Assembly: GCF_001975725.1 (NCBI RefSeq)
Contig: NZ_CP019434.1
Location: forward strand, 2,712,418 to 2,733,918
Length of the DNA: 21,501 bases
Reading direction: 5' to 3'
DNA from: Acidihalobacter ferrooxydans
GTDB lineage: Bacteria; Pseudomonadota; Gammaproteobacteria; DSM-5130; Acidihalobacteraceae
Both the position numbers and the translations under genes were made by a program. A model generated the notes under the pieces. That model was not told the DNA's origin. It was given only the letters and a program-made list of their open reading frames with translations, and made no database searches. Positions 1 through 7,181 of the stretch are shown piece by piece (the stretch's first letter is position 1; every line of letters starts with the position of its first letter).

Positions 1-36
1 TCCTCTACGGTAATGCGTGTGGCGTGCGCCACATGC

Positions 37-1221
37 TCATCGTGCCACCATGCCGTTCCCGGCCCCGAGGCGGGGCATCTCCTGGCGCACGATGTCCCAG
101 ATGAAGCCGGCCAGCTCACGGGCGATCGCCACGCACACCCGTTTGACGTTCTTGCCCGCCTGGGTCAGGGTGCGGTAGCGGCCACAGAGTCTTTTCTGTG
201 CCCGCCAGGCGATCGCCTTGGCCTGTTCCGGGGCCGCTTTGGCCTTGCGTTTGAGGTGCATCGTCTGACGCGCCGGGAACCGATAGCTCCAGGCACACTC
301 CACCAGCATGCGGCGCGCATGGGCATTGCCGGTCAGGGTGATCGCGCCCTGGCGTCGTCGGCCGCCGCTGCTGTGTTCACTCGGCACCCGCCCCAGGTAG
401 GCCATGAGCTGTTTGGGTGACTCGAAGCGGCTGATATCGCCAAGCTCCGCCAACAGCACGATGGCGGCCAGTGTGTCGATGCCGCGCAAGGCCACCAGCG
501 CATCCACCACCGGGGCCAATGACCAGTTCGGCAGGGCCTGCATCAATTGGGCGGTAAGATCGGCCACGCGTCGAGAGGCGGCCTTGACCGCGTCGATGTA
601 CTCCTGCAGCACCACCTGCAGCCAGGGTTGTTCGAAGCGGATCGATGCCATCCAGTTGAAGTGGGTCGCCGTCCAGCGTGTCTTGCCCGTGGGCCAGTGA
701 TGCCCGTGGCGCAACAAAAATCCGTTGAGCTGCTGGCGTGCCTTGCGCTCCTGACCCTTCATGTCGTCCCGCGCCCGCGTCAGATCCCGCATCGCTTCCT
801 GCTCGGCGTCCGGCACCCACACCGGCGTCAGTTCGCCAGCCCGTAACAGCCGCGCCAGCTTCAGCGCATCACGCCGGTCGGTCTTGACCCGCTCGCCCGC
901 CTTCTTCGGAATCAGCGAAGGCGCCACCACCTGACAGTCATGCCCCGCCGCGACCAGCCGCCGATACAATCCGTAACCACACGGGCCGGCCTCATAGCAA
1001 AACTGCAACAAGGCGCCCTCGAACTCGGCGCTCAGGCGATCCAGCCATCGGCTCACCTTCTTCGGCTCATGGGCGATCTCTCCCCGGTACAGGGGTTCAT
1101 CGCGCCCTGGCAGGGCGACCGCCACCGCAATCGTGTCCTTGTGAACGTCCAGTCCGACGTAGGCGGCATATCGCTCCGTCACGATCGGTGCCGAAGTCTG
1201 GTTTGCGCTATCCTCTTTCAT
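37..1221 (-). CDS. IS110-family transposase (DEDD recombinase)
   Basis: 394-aa ORF with N-terminal 'YAAYVGLDVHKDTIAVAVALPG' and later 'LPNWSLAPVVDALVALRGIDTLAAIVLLAELGDISRFESPKQLMAYLGRVPSEHSSGGRRRQGAITLTGNAHARRMLVECAW', typical of IS110 transposases. Confidence 0.93.
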   Translation of the reverse strand: MKEDSANQTSAPIVTERYAAYVGLDVHKDTIAVAVALPGRDEPLYRGEIAHEPKKVSRWLDRLSAEFEGALLQFCYEAGPCGYGLYRRLVAAGHDCQVVAPSLIPKKAGERVKTDRRDALKLARLLRAGELTPVWVPDAEQEAMRDLTRARDDMKGQERKARQQLNGFLLRHGHHWPTGKTRWTATHFNWMASIRFEQPWLQVVLQEYIDAVKAASRRVADLTAQLMQALPNWSLAPVVDALVALRGIDTLAAIVLLAELGDISRFESPKQLMAYLGRVPSEHSSGGRRRQGAITLTGNAHARRMLVECAWSYRFPARQTMHLKRKAKAAPEQAKAIAWRAQKRLCGRYRTLTQAGKNVKRVCVAIARELAGFIWDIVRQEMPRLGAGNGMVAR

Positions 1222-1330
1222 GACCTGTCCTCCTCAATGTGGCTCTGTGGCGGGAGTGATTTCCCAACCCACCCCAACATAACCCACGTGCGTTGAGGTT
1301 GGGCAGGTCAAAACATCATGTCTAGCGAAA

Positions 1331-1540
1331 CTCCATACAAGCGCTTGGAAAAGGGCGTGGGAAAAAGCGGGATTACCGTCTACAGACAGAGGAACTCGAA
1401 AAGGCGTACACAACCGGCGTCATACTTGCGGTCGCACACTGAGAGCGGCCGGGGTATCGCAGGAAACTCGAGAAGCGCTAATCGGCCACGCCAATGGGGA
1501 CATCACGACGCACTACTCGGCGGCAGAACTGTGGGAACTA
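1331..1540 (+). pseudogene. Tyrosine integrase C-terminal fragment, part 1 (5' truncated, interrupted by IS630-family element)
   Basis: Frame through 1331-1540 reads LHTSAWKRAWEKAGLPSDRGTRKGVHNRRHTCGRTLRAAGVSQETREALIGHANGDITTHYSAAELWEL. It contains the tyrosine recombinase HxxR, GH and catalytic HYS boxes. The ORF track missed it because it calls only ATG-initiated ORFs. Confidence 0.85.
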
Positions 1541-2623
1541 GTGTAGTGCGTCATTCTGTTTGGAACTTAAGCGCCGATTGGCGCGGACTACCTTCTGGAG
1601 GATGTCATTGGCACTGGCCGTCCAGATGAATGATTTCGGTTGCCGATTATGCTCAGCGATAGAGTCCTCAATCGCGTGGATCAGTTCCGGTACGCTGGTG
1701 AACACGCCACGGCGCAGTTGCTGGGTGGTGATGTCACGAAAGAAGCGCTCCACCCTGTTGAGCCAGGACGCGGAGGTGGGCGTGAAGTGGATGTGAAAGC
1801 GTGGGTGCTTGGCCAGCCACTGTTTCACTTTCGGATGCTTGTGCGTAGCGTAGTTGTCGCAGATCAGATGCAGCGCCTTGTCCCGGGGCGTCTCGCGCTC
1901 GATCTGGCGCAGGAACTTCAGCCATTCGACATGCTGATGACGCGCCTGACATTGACCGATCACGGTACCATCGAGCACGTTGAGCGCCGCGAACAAGGTG
2001 GTGGTGCCATGACGCTTGTAGTCATGGGTCATCGTCGCGGCACGGCCTTTCTTCAAAGGCAGGCCCGGTTGGGTACGGTCCAAGGCCTGGACCTGACTTT
2101 TCTCGTCACAGCAGAGCACCAGCGCGTGCGCGGGCGGATTCAGATACAGCCCGACCACGTCTTCAAGCTTTTCGATAAACCGCGGGTCGCGCGAGACCTT
2201 GAACGTCTCGATGCGGTGCGGCTTGAGGCCATGCGCTTGCCACACCCGACGAATGCTCGCCTCGCTGACACCGGTGCGCACCGCCATGGACCGCGTGCTC
2301 CAATGGGTGGCGTTAGCAGGCCGGGTCTGCGTGGTCAGGCGCACGATCTCGGCCTCGTCCACCGTCTTGGGACGCCCGCCCCGCGGGCGATCCCGATGAA
2401 TGGCCGCCAGTGCTCCTTGCGCATAACGCCTGCGCCAGCGACCCACTTGCACGCGTCCGATATTCAACGCCTGAGCAATCTCATGGTTGTTCATCCCGCG
2501 CGCGGCAAGCAACACAATCGCCGCACGACGCGCTTCGCGCACACTGGCCGTATTGGAATTCTTCAACTGTCTCAGCCGCTTCTCTTCGTCGGCGTCCAAC
2601 TCAATCACCGGGGCTACTCTCAT
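1538..2623 (-). CDS. IS630-family transposase
   Basis: 361-aa ORF with an N-terminal HTH (ASVREARRAAIVLLAARGMNNHEIAQALNIGRVQVGRWRRRY) and a DDE domain (ALVLCCDEKSQVQALDRTQPG..., HLICDNYATHKHPKVKQWL..., HFTPTSASWLNRVERFF). Its stop codon lies at the IS end and TA duplication. Confidence 0.95.
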   Translation of the reverse strand: MRVAPVIELDADEEKRLRQLKNSNTASVREARRAAIVLLAARGMNNHEIAQALNIGRVQVGRWRRRYAQGALAAIHRDRPRGGRPKTVDEAEIVRLTTQTRPANATHWSTRSMAVRTGVSEASIRRVWQAHGLKPHRIETFKVSRDPRFIEKLEDVVGLYLNPPAHALVLCCDEKSQVQALDRTQPGLPLKKGRAATMTHDYKRHGTTTLFAALNVLDGTVIGQCQARHQHVEWLKFLRQIERETPRDKALHLICDNYATHKHPKVKQWLAKHPRFHIHFTPTSASWLNRVERFFRDITTQQLRRGVFTSVPELIHAIEDSIAEHNRQPKSFIWTASANDILQKVVRANRRLSSKQNDALH

Positions 2624-2673
2624 AGCGCTTGTCCTGCATCTGCCTGTTCCCGTAGTCAGACATCAGGCAGGAT

Positions 2674-4006
2674 CACTAGTGTCCGGAAAAATCTGGCATG
2701 ACCCTCTATAATCAACTGTTTTTACGAAAATAACATGCCTTTTTCGCCTGTCACCGACTTGAACTGGCCTCCGGGCCAGGCGCACGCTTCAACGCGGTAT
2801 TCCGGGTTGGAGCGACCAAGTCATGTACACAGGAAAACTCGTGTTCGCACAGGCGATAGATCACCTGCCTTTGCACACACTGCGGCGCTGCATTCAGCTC
2901 TACAACGGCAACCGGCACGTCAAACGCTTCAGCTGTCAGGATCAGTACCGATGCATGGCCTTTGCACAGCTCACCTACCGGGAGAGCCTGCGCGACATCG
3001 AGGCCTGCCTCAACGCCCAGAGCAACAAGCTCTACCACATGGGCATCCGTTCTCGCATCGCGCGCAGCACACTGGCCGAGGCCAACGAGAAGCGCGACTG
3101 GCGCATCTACGCCGACTTTGCTCAGTCACTGATCCAGATCGCCCGGCGACTGTATGCCGACGAGGACCTTGGCCTCGAACTCGACAACACGGTCTACGCG
3201 CTCGATGCCTCCACCATCGATCTCTGCTTGTCCGTATTCCCCTGGGCGCATTTCCGGCAAACCAAGGCCGCCGTCAAGCTACACACGTTGCTCGATCTAC
3301 GCGGCAATATCCCTTCGTTCATCCATATCTCCGACGGCAAGCTTCACGATGTGAATGTGCTCGACCTTCTACTGCCAGAGCCCGGCGCCTTCTACATCGT
3401 GGATCGTGGCTATACGGACTTCGAGCGTCTGCATCAGCTTCACCAGGCGTTGGCATTTTTCGTCATTCGCGCCAAGTCCAACCTGCAGTTCCGGCGGGTG
3501 TACTCCCGCCCCGTGGACAAACAGACCGGTCTGCGTTGCGATCAAACCATCGCGCTCACTGGTGTCCGCAGCGCCCGGCACTACCCGGACCCACTTCGTC
3601 GCATCAAGTACTACGACGCAGAGACCGACAAACGGCTGGTCTTTCTGACCAACAACTTCACGATCCCGGCGATCACCGTAACGGATCTCTACCGGTACCG
3701 CTGGCAGGTGGAGCTGTTCTTCAAATGGATCAAGCAGCACCTGCGCATCAAGTCGTTCTTCGGCACGTCAGAAAATGCGGTCAAGACGCAAGTCTGGATC
3801 GCCGTCTCCGTCTATGTCCTGGTCGCCATCATCAAGAAGCGACTCGATATCCCGGCCAGTCTCTACTCGATCCTACAGATTTTGAGCCTGACCATTTTCG
3901 AAACAATGCCCCTGAATCAATTGCTTACAGAGGATGACCCCGATATGACTCATTCCGACCCCCATAACCAGTTGAATTTATTTGAATAATATTCCGGACA
4001 CGAGTG
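2674..4006 (+). mobile_element. IS4-family insertion sequence nested in the IS630-family element
   Basis: Terminal inverted repeats CACTAGTGTCCGGAA (2674-2688) and TTCCGGACACGAGTG (3992-4006) match at 14 of 15 positions. A 9-bp direct repeat AGGCAGGAT lies at 2665-2673 and 4007-4015. Confidence 0.88.
2823..3989 (+). CDS. IS4-family transposase
   Basis: 388-aa ORF with motifs typical of the family: LDASTIDLCLSVFPWAHFRQTKAAVKLHTLLDLRG, FYIVDRGYTDFERL, YRYRWQVELFFKWIKQHLRIKSFFGTSENAVKTQVW (YREK-like signature). Confidence 0.94.
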   Translation: MYTGKLVFAQAIDHLPLHTLRRCIQLYNGNRHVKRFSCQDQYRCMAFAQLTYRESLRDIEACLNAQSNKLYHMGIRSRIARSTLAEANEKRDWRIYADFAQSLIQIARRLYADEDLGLELDNTVYALDASTIDLCLSVFPWAHFRQTKAAVKLHTLLDLRGNIPSFIHISDGKLHDVNVLDLLLPEPGAFYIVDRGYTDFERLHQLHQALAFFVIRAKSNLQFRRVYSRPVDKQTGLRCDQTIALTGVRSARHYPDPLRRIKYYDAETDKRLVFLTNNFTIPAITVTDLYRYRWQVELFFKWIKQHLRIKSFFGTSENAVKTQVWIAVSVYVLVAIIKKRLDIPASLYSILQILSLTIFETMPLNQLLTEDDPDMTHSDPHNQLNLFE

Positions 4007-4048
4007 AGGCAGGATATTAAGTTCTTTTAATTATGACGCACTACACTA

Positions 4049-4183
4049 GCGCAAGCAGCCGAAGTGATCACCGGCCGTAGCATCAAGCAGACACCAGCGC
4101 TGCATGTGATCGCCCGCACAGCCGCTGTCGGCGTGTCGGAAAACAAAAAGGGGCTAACGGCAAAAAGCTCGCTAACCCCTTGA
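4049..4183 (+). pseudogene. Tyrosine integrase C-terminal fragment, part 2
   Basis: Joining 1540 to 4049 (removing the IS630-family element and one TA) continues the same frame: ...AELWEL|AQAAEVITGRSIKQTPALHVIARTAAVGVSENKKGLTAKSSLTP*, with the stop at 4181-4183. Confidence 0.8.
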
Positions 4184-4189
4184 TTTTAA

Positions 4190-4234
4190 TGGCGCGCCCG
4201 GAAGGATTCGAACCTCCGACCACCTGGTTCGTAG
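4190..4234 (-). repeat. attL: duplicated tRNA-Arg 3' end
   Basis: Identical to 10379-10423. The sequences diverge immediately after the anticodon-loop complement TTCGTAG (TTAGGT versus CCAGGT). Confidence 0.93.
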
Positions 4235-4352
4235 TTAGGTGAATCTAGGTTTCATGCGGGTTCAGCCCGAATCACGTAAAACGCTAACCGACTGATTTCC
4301 TTGCATTCGCGTATTCAACCCGTGTCAGCTAGAATTAGCCAAGCGCCGCAAA

Positions 4353-4384
4353 ATTGGCAACAAATTGGCAACAGATTGGCAACA
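4353..4384 (+). promoter_or_regulatory. Candidate integrase arm-type sites, 3 x ATTGGCAACA at 11-bp spacing
   Basis: ATTGGCAACA at 4353-4362, 4364-4373 and 4375-4384, between attL and int. Same motif and spacing occur near attR. Confidence 0.6.
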
Positions 4385-4414
4385 GCCGCCGACCACCTGA
4401 CCCGGAACGCAAAC

Positions 4415-5692
4415 ATGGCAACTGAGAAGCGCCTTTCCCCACTGGCAATCAAGAACGCGAAAGCCACCACCCGCGACCGTTGGCTAAACGATGGTGGAGG
4501 TTTGTTTCTGCATGTCCGGCCATCCGGTAGCAAGGCGTGGCGGCTGCGATACACCATCAACGGCAAGCGGCGAGTCAAGAACCTGGGCGATGCCGGCGTA
4601 GTGAGTGCCCGCGAAGCACGCGACGCCGCGCATAAGGCACGCAAGCTGGTTGAGCAAGGGCTAGATCCGATTGAAGAGGAGGCCGCCGCACGCGAGGCCG
4701 AACGCAAAGAACTGGAACAGCGGCGCACCTTCGAGGATGCCTTGAACCGATGGGCCGAACTTGAGCTATCGAGCCGCAAGGACGGGGGCGCGGAAAGCAT
4801 ACGTGCCCTGCGTAAGGACGTGCTGCCGGTCTTGGGTGGCCGTCTGCTGGACGAAATCACACGCGGCGATGTGCTGGACGCGCTGGACGGGATCAAAGCC
4901 AGAGGCGCCGCCATTATGGCGAACCGCACCTTTGGCGACCTGCGGCAATTTTTTAACTGGTGCGCGTCACGCGAATGGGTGAGCGACAGTCCCTTGCGAG
5001 GCGTCAGAAAGGAAAACATCGGCGGACGGGAAAAAGAACGCGACCGGATACTGTCGGCGGGCGAATTGATAGAGCTACGCGACAAGCTACCGGGCGCGAA
5101 CCTTGAACCGCAAACCGTGGCGGCGGTCTGGATAATGCTTGCGACACTTTGCCGGGTGGGCGAGTTAATTCAAGCCAGATGGGAAGATATCGACCTTGAA
5201 AGCGGCACGTGGAGGATACCGGCGACCAACGCCAAGAACGCACGCGAGCATGTCGTTTTTCTGTCCGACCTTGCGATGCGGCAATTCGCCATTTTGCGCG
5301 AACGTACCGGGTGTGGCGAATGGGTAATGTTGTCGCCTTCAAAGGACGGTCACATAGGCATGAAAACCATCACGAAGCAGATACGCGACCGCATGCGCGA
5401 GGAACCCTTGAGCAACCGCACCAAGGCCGCAGGCGCATTAATCCTGACCGGCGGAGCATGGACACCGCACGACTTACGCCGAACAGGTGCAACGCTGATG
5501 GGTGAATTAGGCGTTTTGGGGGAAGTAATCGAGCGATGCTTAAACCACGTTGAGCCGAGCAAGATACGCCGCACGTATCAGCGGCACGAATACCGGGCAG
5601 AGAAGCGCGAAGCCTGGATGCGGTTGGGTGATTATTTGGATGACCTGCTGACTGGCCGTTCGCGTAAGGTTGTGAATATCCAGCGAGCATAA
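4415..5692 (+). CDS. P4-like tyrosine integrase (DUF4102-type N-terminus)
   Basis: Start placed at ATG 4415 (MATEKRLSPLAIKNAKATTRDRWLNDGGGLFLHVRPSGSKAWRLRYTINGKRRVKNLGDAG). C-terminal boxes: LCRVGELIQARWEDIDLE, TPHDLRRTGATLM, YQRHEYRAEKREAW. The track's upstream start (4301) would translate through the ATTGGCAACA repeats. Confidence 0.93.
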   Translation: MATEKRLSPLAIKNAKATTRDRWLNDGGGLFLHVRPSGSKAWRLRYTINGKRRVKNLGDAGVVSAREARDAAHKARKLVEQGLDPIEEEAAAREAERKELEQRRTFEDALNRWAELELSSRKDGGAESIRALRKDVLPVLGGRLLDEITRGDVLDALDGIKARGAAIMANRTFGDLRQFFNWCASREWVSDSPLRGVRKENIGGREKERDRILSAGELIELRDKLPGANLEPQTVAAVWIMLATLCRVGELIQARWEDIDLESGTWRIPATNAKNAREHVVFLSDLAMRQFAILRERTGCGEWVMLSPSKDGHIGMKTITKQIRDRMREEPLSNRTKAAGALILTGGAWTPHDLRRTGATLMGELGVLGEVIERCLNHVEPSKIRRTYQRHEYRAEKREAWMRLGDYLDDLLTGRSRKVVNIQRA

Positions 5693-5762
5693 TGAACGAA
5701 ACCCGGCGAGTGCGACCAACACGCGCCAGGCTTCTGACCAAACGTGATGGAGGGATCACGCG

Positions 5763-6449
5763 ATGGCTAGCGAAGATTGTACACAAATTGAATTCACGCA
5801 GGAGGGGGACTATTGGCTCGCGTTCGACGACGTGGGCAATTGTGGCGAAGGCAAGACCAAGGCCGAGGCACGCAGGGATTTACGCGGACAACAAGCCCGC
5901 AACGCCGCCGAGGTCGAGACGTTCATTGCAAGGCGCGAGCATGAAGCCGAGCAATCGAAGGCCAAGGCCGAGGCCGAACGAAAGCGGCAATTCGATGCCA
6001 ACCTGGGCCGTTACCTTCGCGCGATAGGCAAGCTTGAGCGCAGGATAAATCGCCGTGTGCAAAACGGCACCGCGCAACGTGAAAGCGACCGCCGAAAAAT
6101 AATTGCTGACGAGCTGGAAGGCTTCGCGTACGACTACCCACCCATCGAGACCACACCGCAAGCGCCCGGCTGGTTGGAGCAATCAACGGTGAAAATAGTC
6201 CCACCAACATCTACGCAGGTGGCGGACTGGCGAAAGAGTGTCAAGAAAGCGGCTAATGCACACCGGCAAGCTGCCAAAAACCGGGAAAAGCAACCTGCCG
6301 CCACCCGGGCCGCGATCAAAGCCAAGCACTTGGCGACCGAGCGCAAGAAAAAGGCAGTCAGGGCGCTGGCGGCGCAAGGGAAAACAAATCGACAAATTGC
6401 TTCCGTCCTGGGACTGAGACCCCGGCAGGTGCAACGGTTAAAAAAATAA
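5763..6449 (+). CDS. Uncharacterised protein: HicB-like N-terminal stretch, charged/helical middle, C-terminal HTH
   Basis: 228-aa ORF with upstream purine-rich GGAGGG. N-terminus 'IEFTQEGDYWLAFDDVGNCGEGKTKAEARRDLRG'; C-terminus 'KKAVRALAAQGKTNRQIASVLGLRPRQVQRLKK' is HTH-like. Confidence 0.7.
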   Translation: MASEDCTQIEFTQEGDYWLAFDDVGNCGEGKTKAEARRDLRGQQARNAAEVETFIARREHEAEQSKAKAEAERKRQFDANLGRYLRAIGKLERRINRRVQNGTAQRESDRRKIIADELEGFAYDYPPIETTPQAPGWLEQSTVKIVPPTSTQVADWRKSVKKAANAHRQAAKNREKQPAATRAAIKAKHLATERKKKAVRALAAQGKTNRQIASVLGLRPRQVQRLKK

Positions 6450-6543
6450 TTCAGGGGGGTGACATTTCCCCGCTCTGCATAAAAAAGCCCGCGAATCGCC
6501 GTGTGCAATGCTTGACCCGTGTTCAATCAACAGGGGTCAAACA

Positions 6544-6747
6544 ATGCAAACTACGTTCGATCAGAACCGAATTATCCGCAACAAACAAGCCGCTGCCTTC
6601 CTGGGCGTTTCGGTTGCGACATATTGGCGACTTGTTCGTGCGGGCACGTTGCCGCAGCCGGTCAAAATCACGGCTCAAATAGGCGGCCAGCCGCTGCACG
6701 TGCTTGAGGAATTTCTCGAGCGCCTGAGCGCCGGGGGTGAGGTATGA
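6544..6747 (+). CDS. AlpA-like / excisionase-type HTH regulator
   Basis: MQTTFDQNRIIRNKQAAAFLGVSVATYWRLVRAGTLPQPVKITAQIGGQPLHVLEEFLERLSAGGEV, an MerR/AlpA-type winged helix pattern. It overlaps the next gene by 4 nt (ATGA). Confidence 0.8.
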   Translation: MQTTFDQNRIIRNKQAAAFLGVSVATYWRLVRAGTLPQPVKITAQIGGQPLHVLEEFLERLSAGGEV

Positions 6748-7181
6748 CCGCCCCGATTGACCGCGTGCTGCCATTGCTCGACGGCGTTCGTCAGACCGGC
6801 CCAAACCGATGGATTGCACGCTGCCCGGCCCATGCCGACAAAAGCCCGAGTCTGAGCATCCGCGAGGCCGAGGATGGGCGCCTTCTTGTGTACTGTTTTG
6901 GTGGTTGCGAGGCCGAAGATGTGACCGCCGCGCTTGGCTTGCGAATGGCCGACCTGTTCCCCGAACGCCCGCAGTACCGGCCCGGAGACAGGGCACAGGA
7001 GCCGCGCATTTCGCTGACCGACCTCGTTGATCTGCTGGCGCATGAGGCATTAATAGCCTACGTCGCAGCAGCTGACGCGGCGCACGGAAAGCCCATATCC
7101 AACGAGGACGCCGACCGCGCAGCCCTGGCCGCGCAACGCATCCGGACGGCTGTTGATTATGCGCGAGGGTACCCACGATGA
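6744..7181 (+). CDS. CHC2 zinc-finger (primase N-terminal type) protein
   Basis: 145 aa with 'WIARCPAHADKSPSLSIREAEDGRLLVYCFGGCEAEDVTAALGLRMADLFP', the CPxH...CFGGC CHC2 pattern. It overlaps the downstream start by 4 nt. Confidence 0.85.
   Translation: MTAPIDRVLPLLDGVRQTGPNRWIARCPAHADKSPSLSIREAEDGRLLVYCFGGCEAEDVTAALGLRMADLFPERPQYRPGDRAQEPRISLTDLVDLLAHEALIAYVAAADAAHGKPISNEDADRAALAAQRIRTAVDYARGYPR

Larger units (their letters stand above)
1541..4046 (-). mobile_element. IS630-family element, split by a nested IS4-family insertion
   Basis: TA dinucleotides at 1539-1540 and 4047-4048 flank inverted ends GTGTAGTGCGTCAT / ATGACGCACTACAC. The similarity extends inward to a second matching block (GAACTTAA / TTAAGTTC, about 33 bp total). 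The predicted ancestral length without IS4 and its TSD is 1164 bp. Confidence 0.88.

Noticed and set aside
1318-1629. 103-aa + strand ORF crossing the IS630 edge
   Set aside because: Wrong frame; the adjacent frame gives conserved integrase boxes up to the IS boundary. The MSSETPYKRLEKG frame has no recognisable features.
2735-3937. 400-aa + strand ORF overlapping the IS4-family transposase in another frame
   Set aside because: Low-complexity Arg/Pro/His-rich translation without domain signal; the 388-aa frame has clear transposase motifs and sits inside the IS ends.
4190-4234. A second complete tRNA-Arg gene at the left att site
   Set aside because: Only the 3' part through the anticodon loop is present; the 5' half is replaced by unrelated sequence, so it is an attachment-site remnant.
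4315-5085. 256-aa minus-strand ORF over the integrase gene
   Set aside because: Ser-rich antisense shadow of a high-GC coding region.
5692-6027. 111-aa ORF starting at the integrase stop codon
   Set aside because: Mostly overlaps 5763-6449 in another frame and has Arg-rich shadow-ORF composition; 5763-6449 has a better start context and recognisable HTH.
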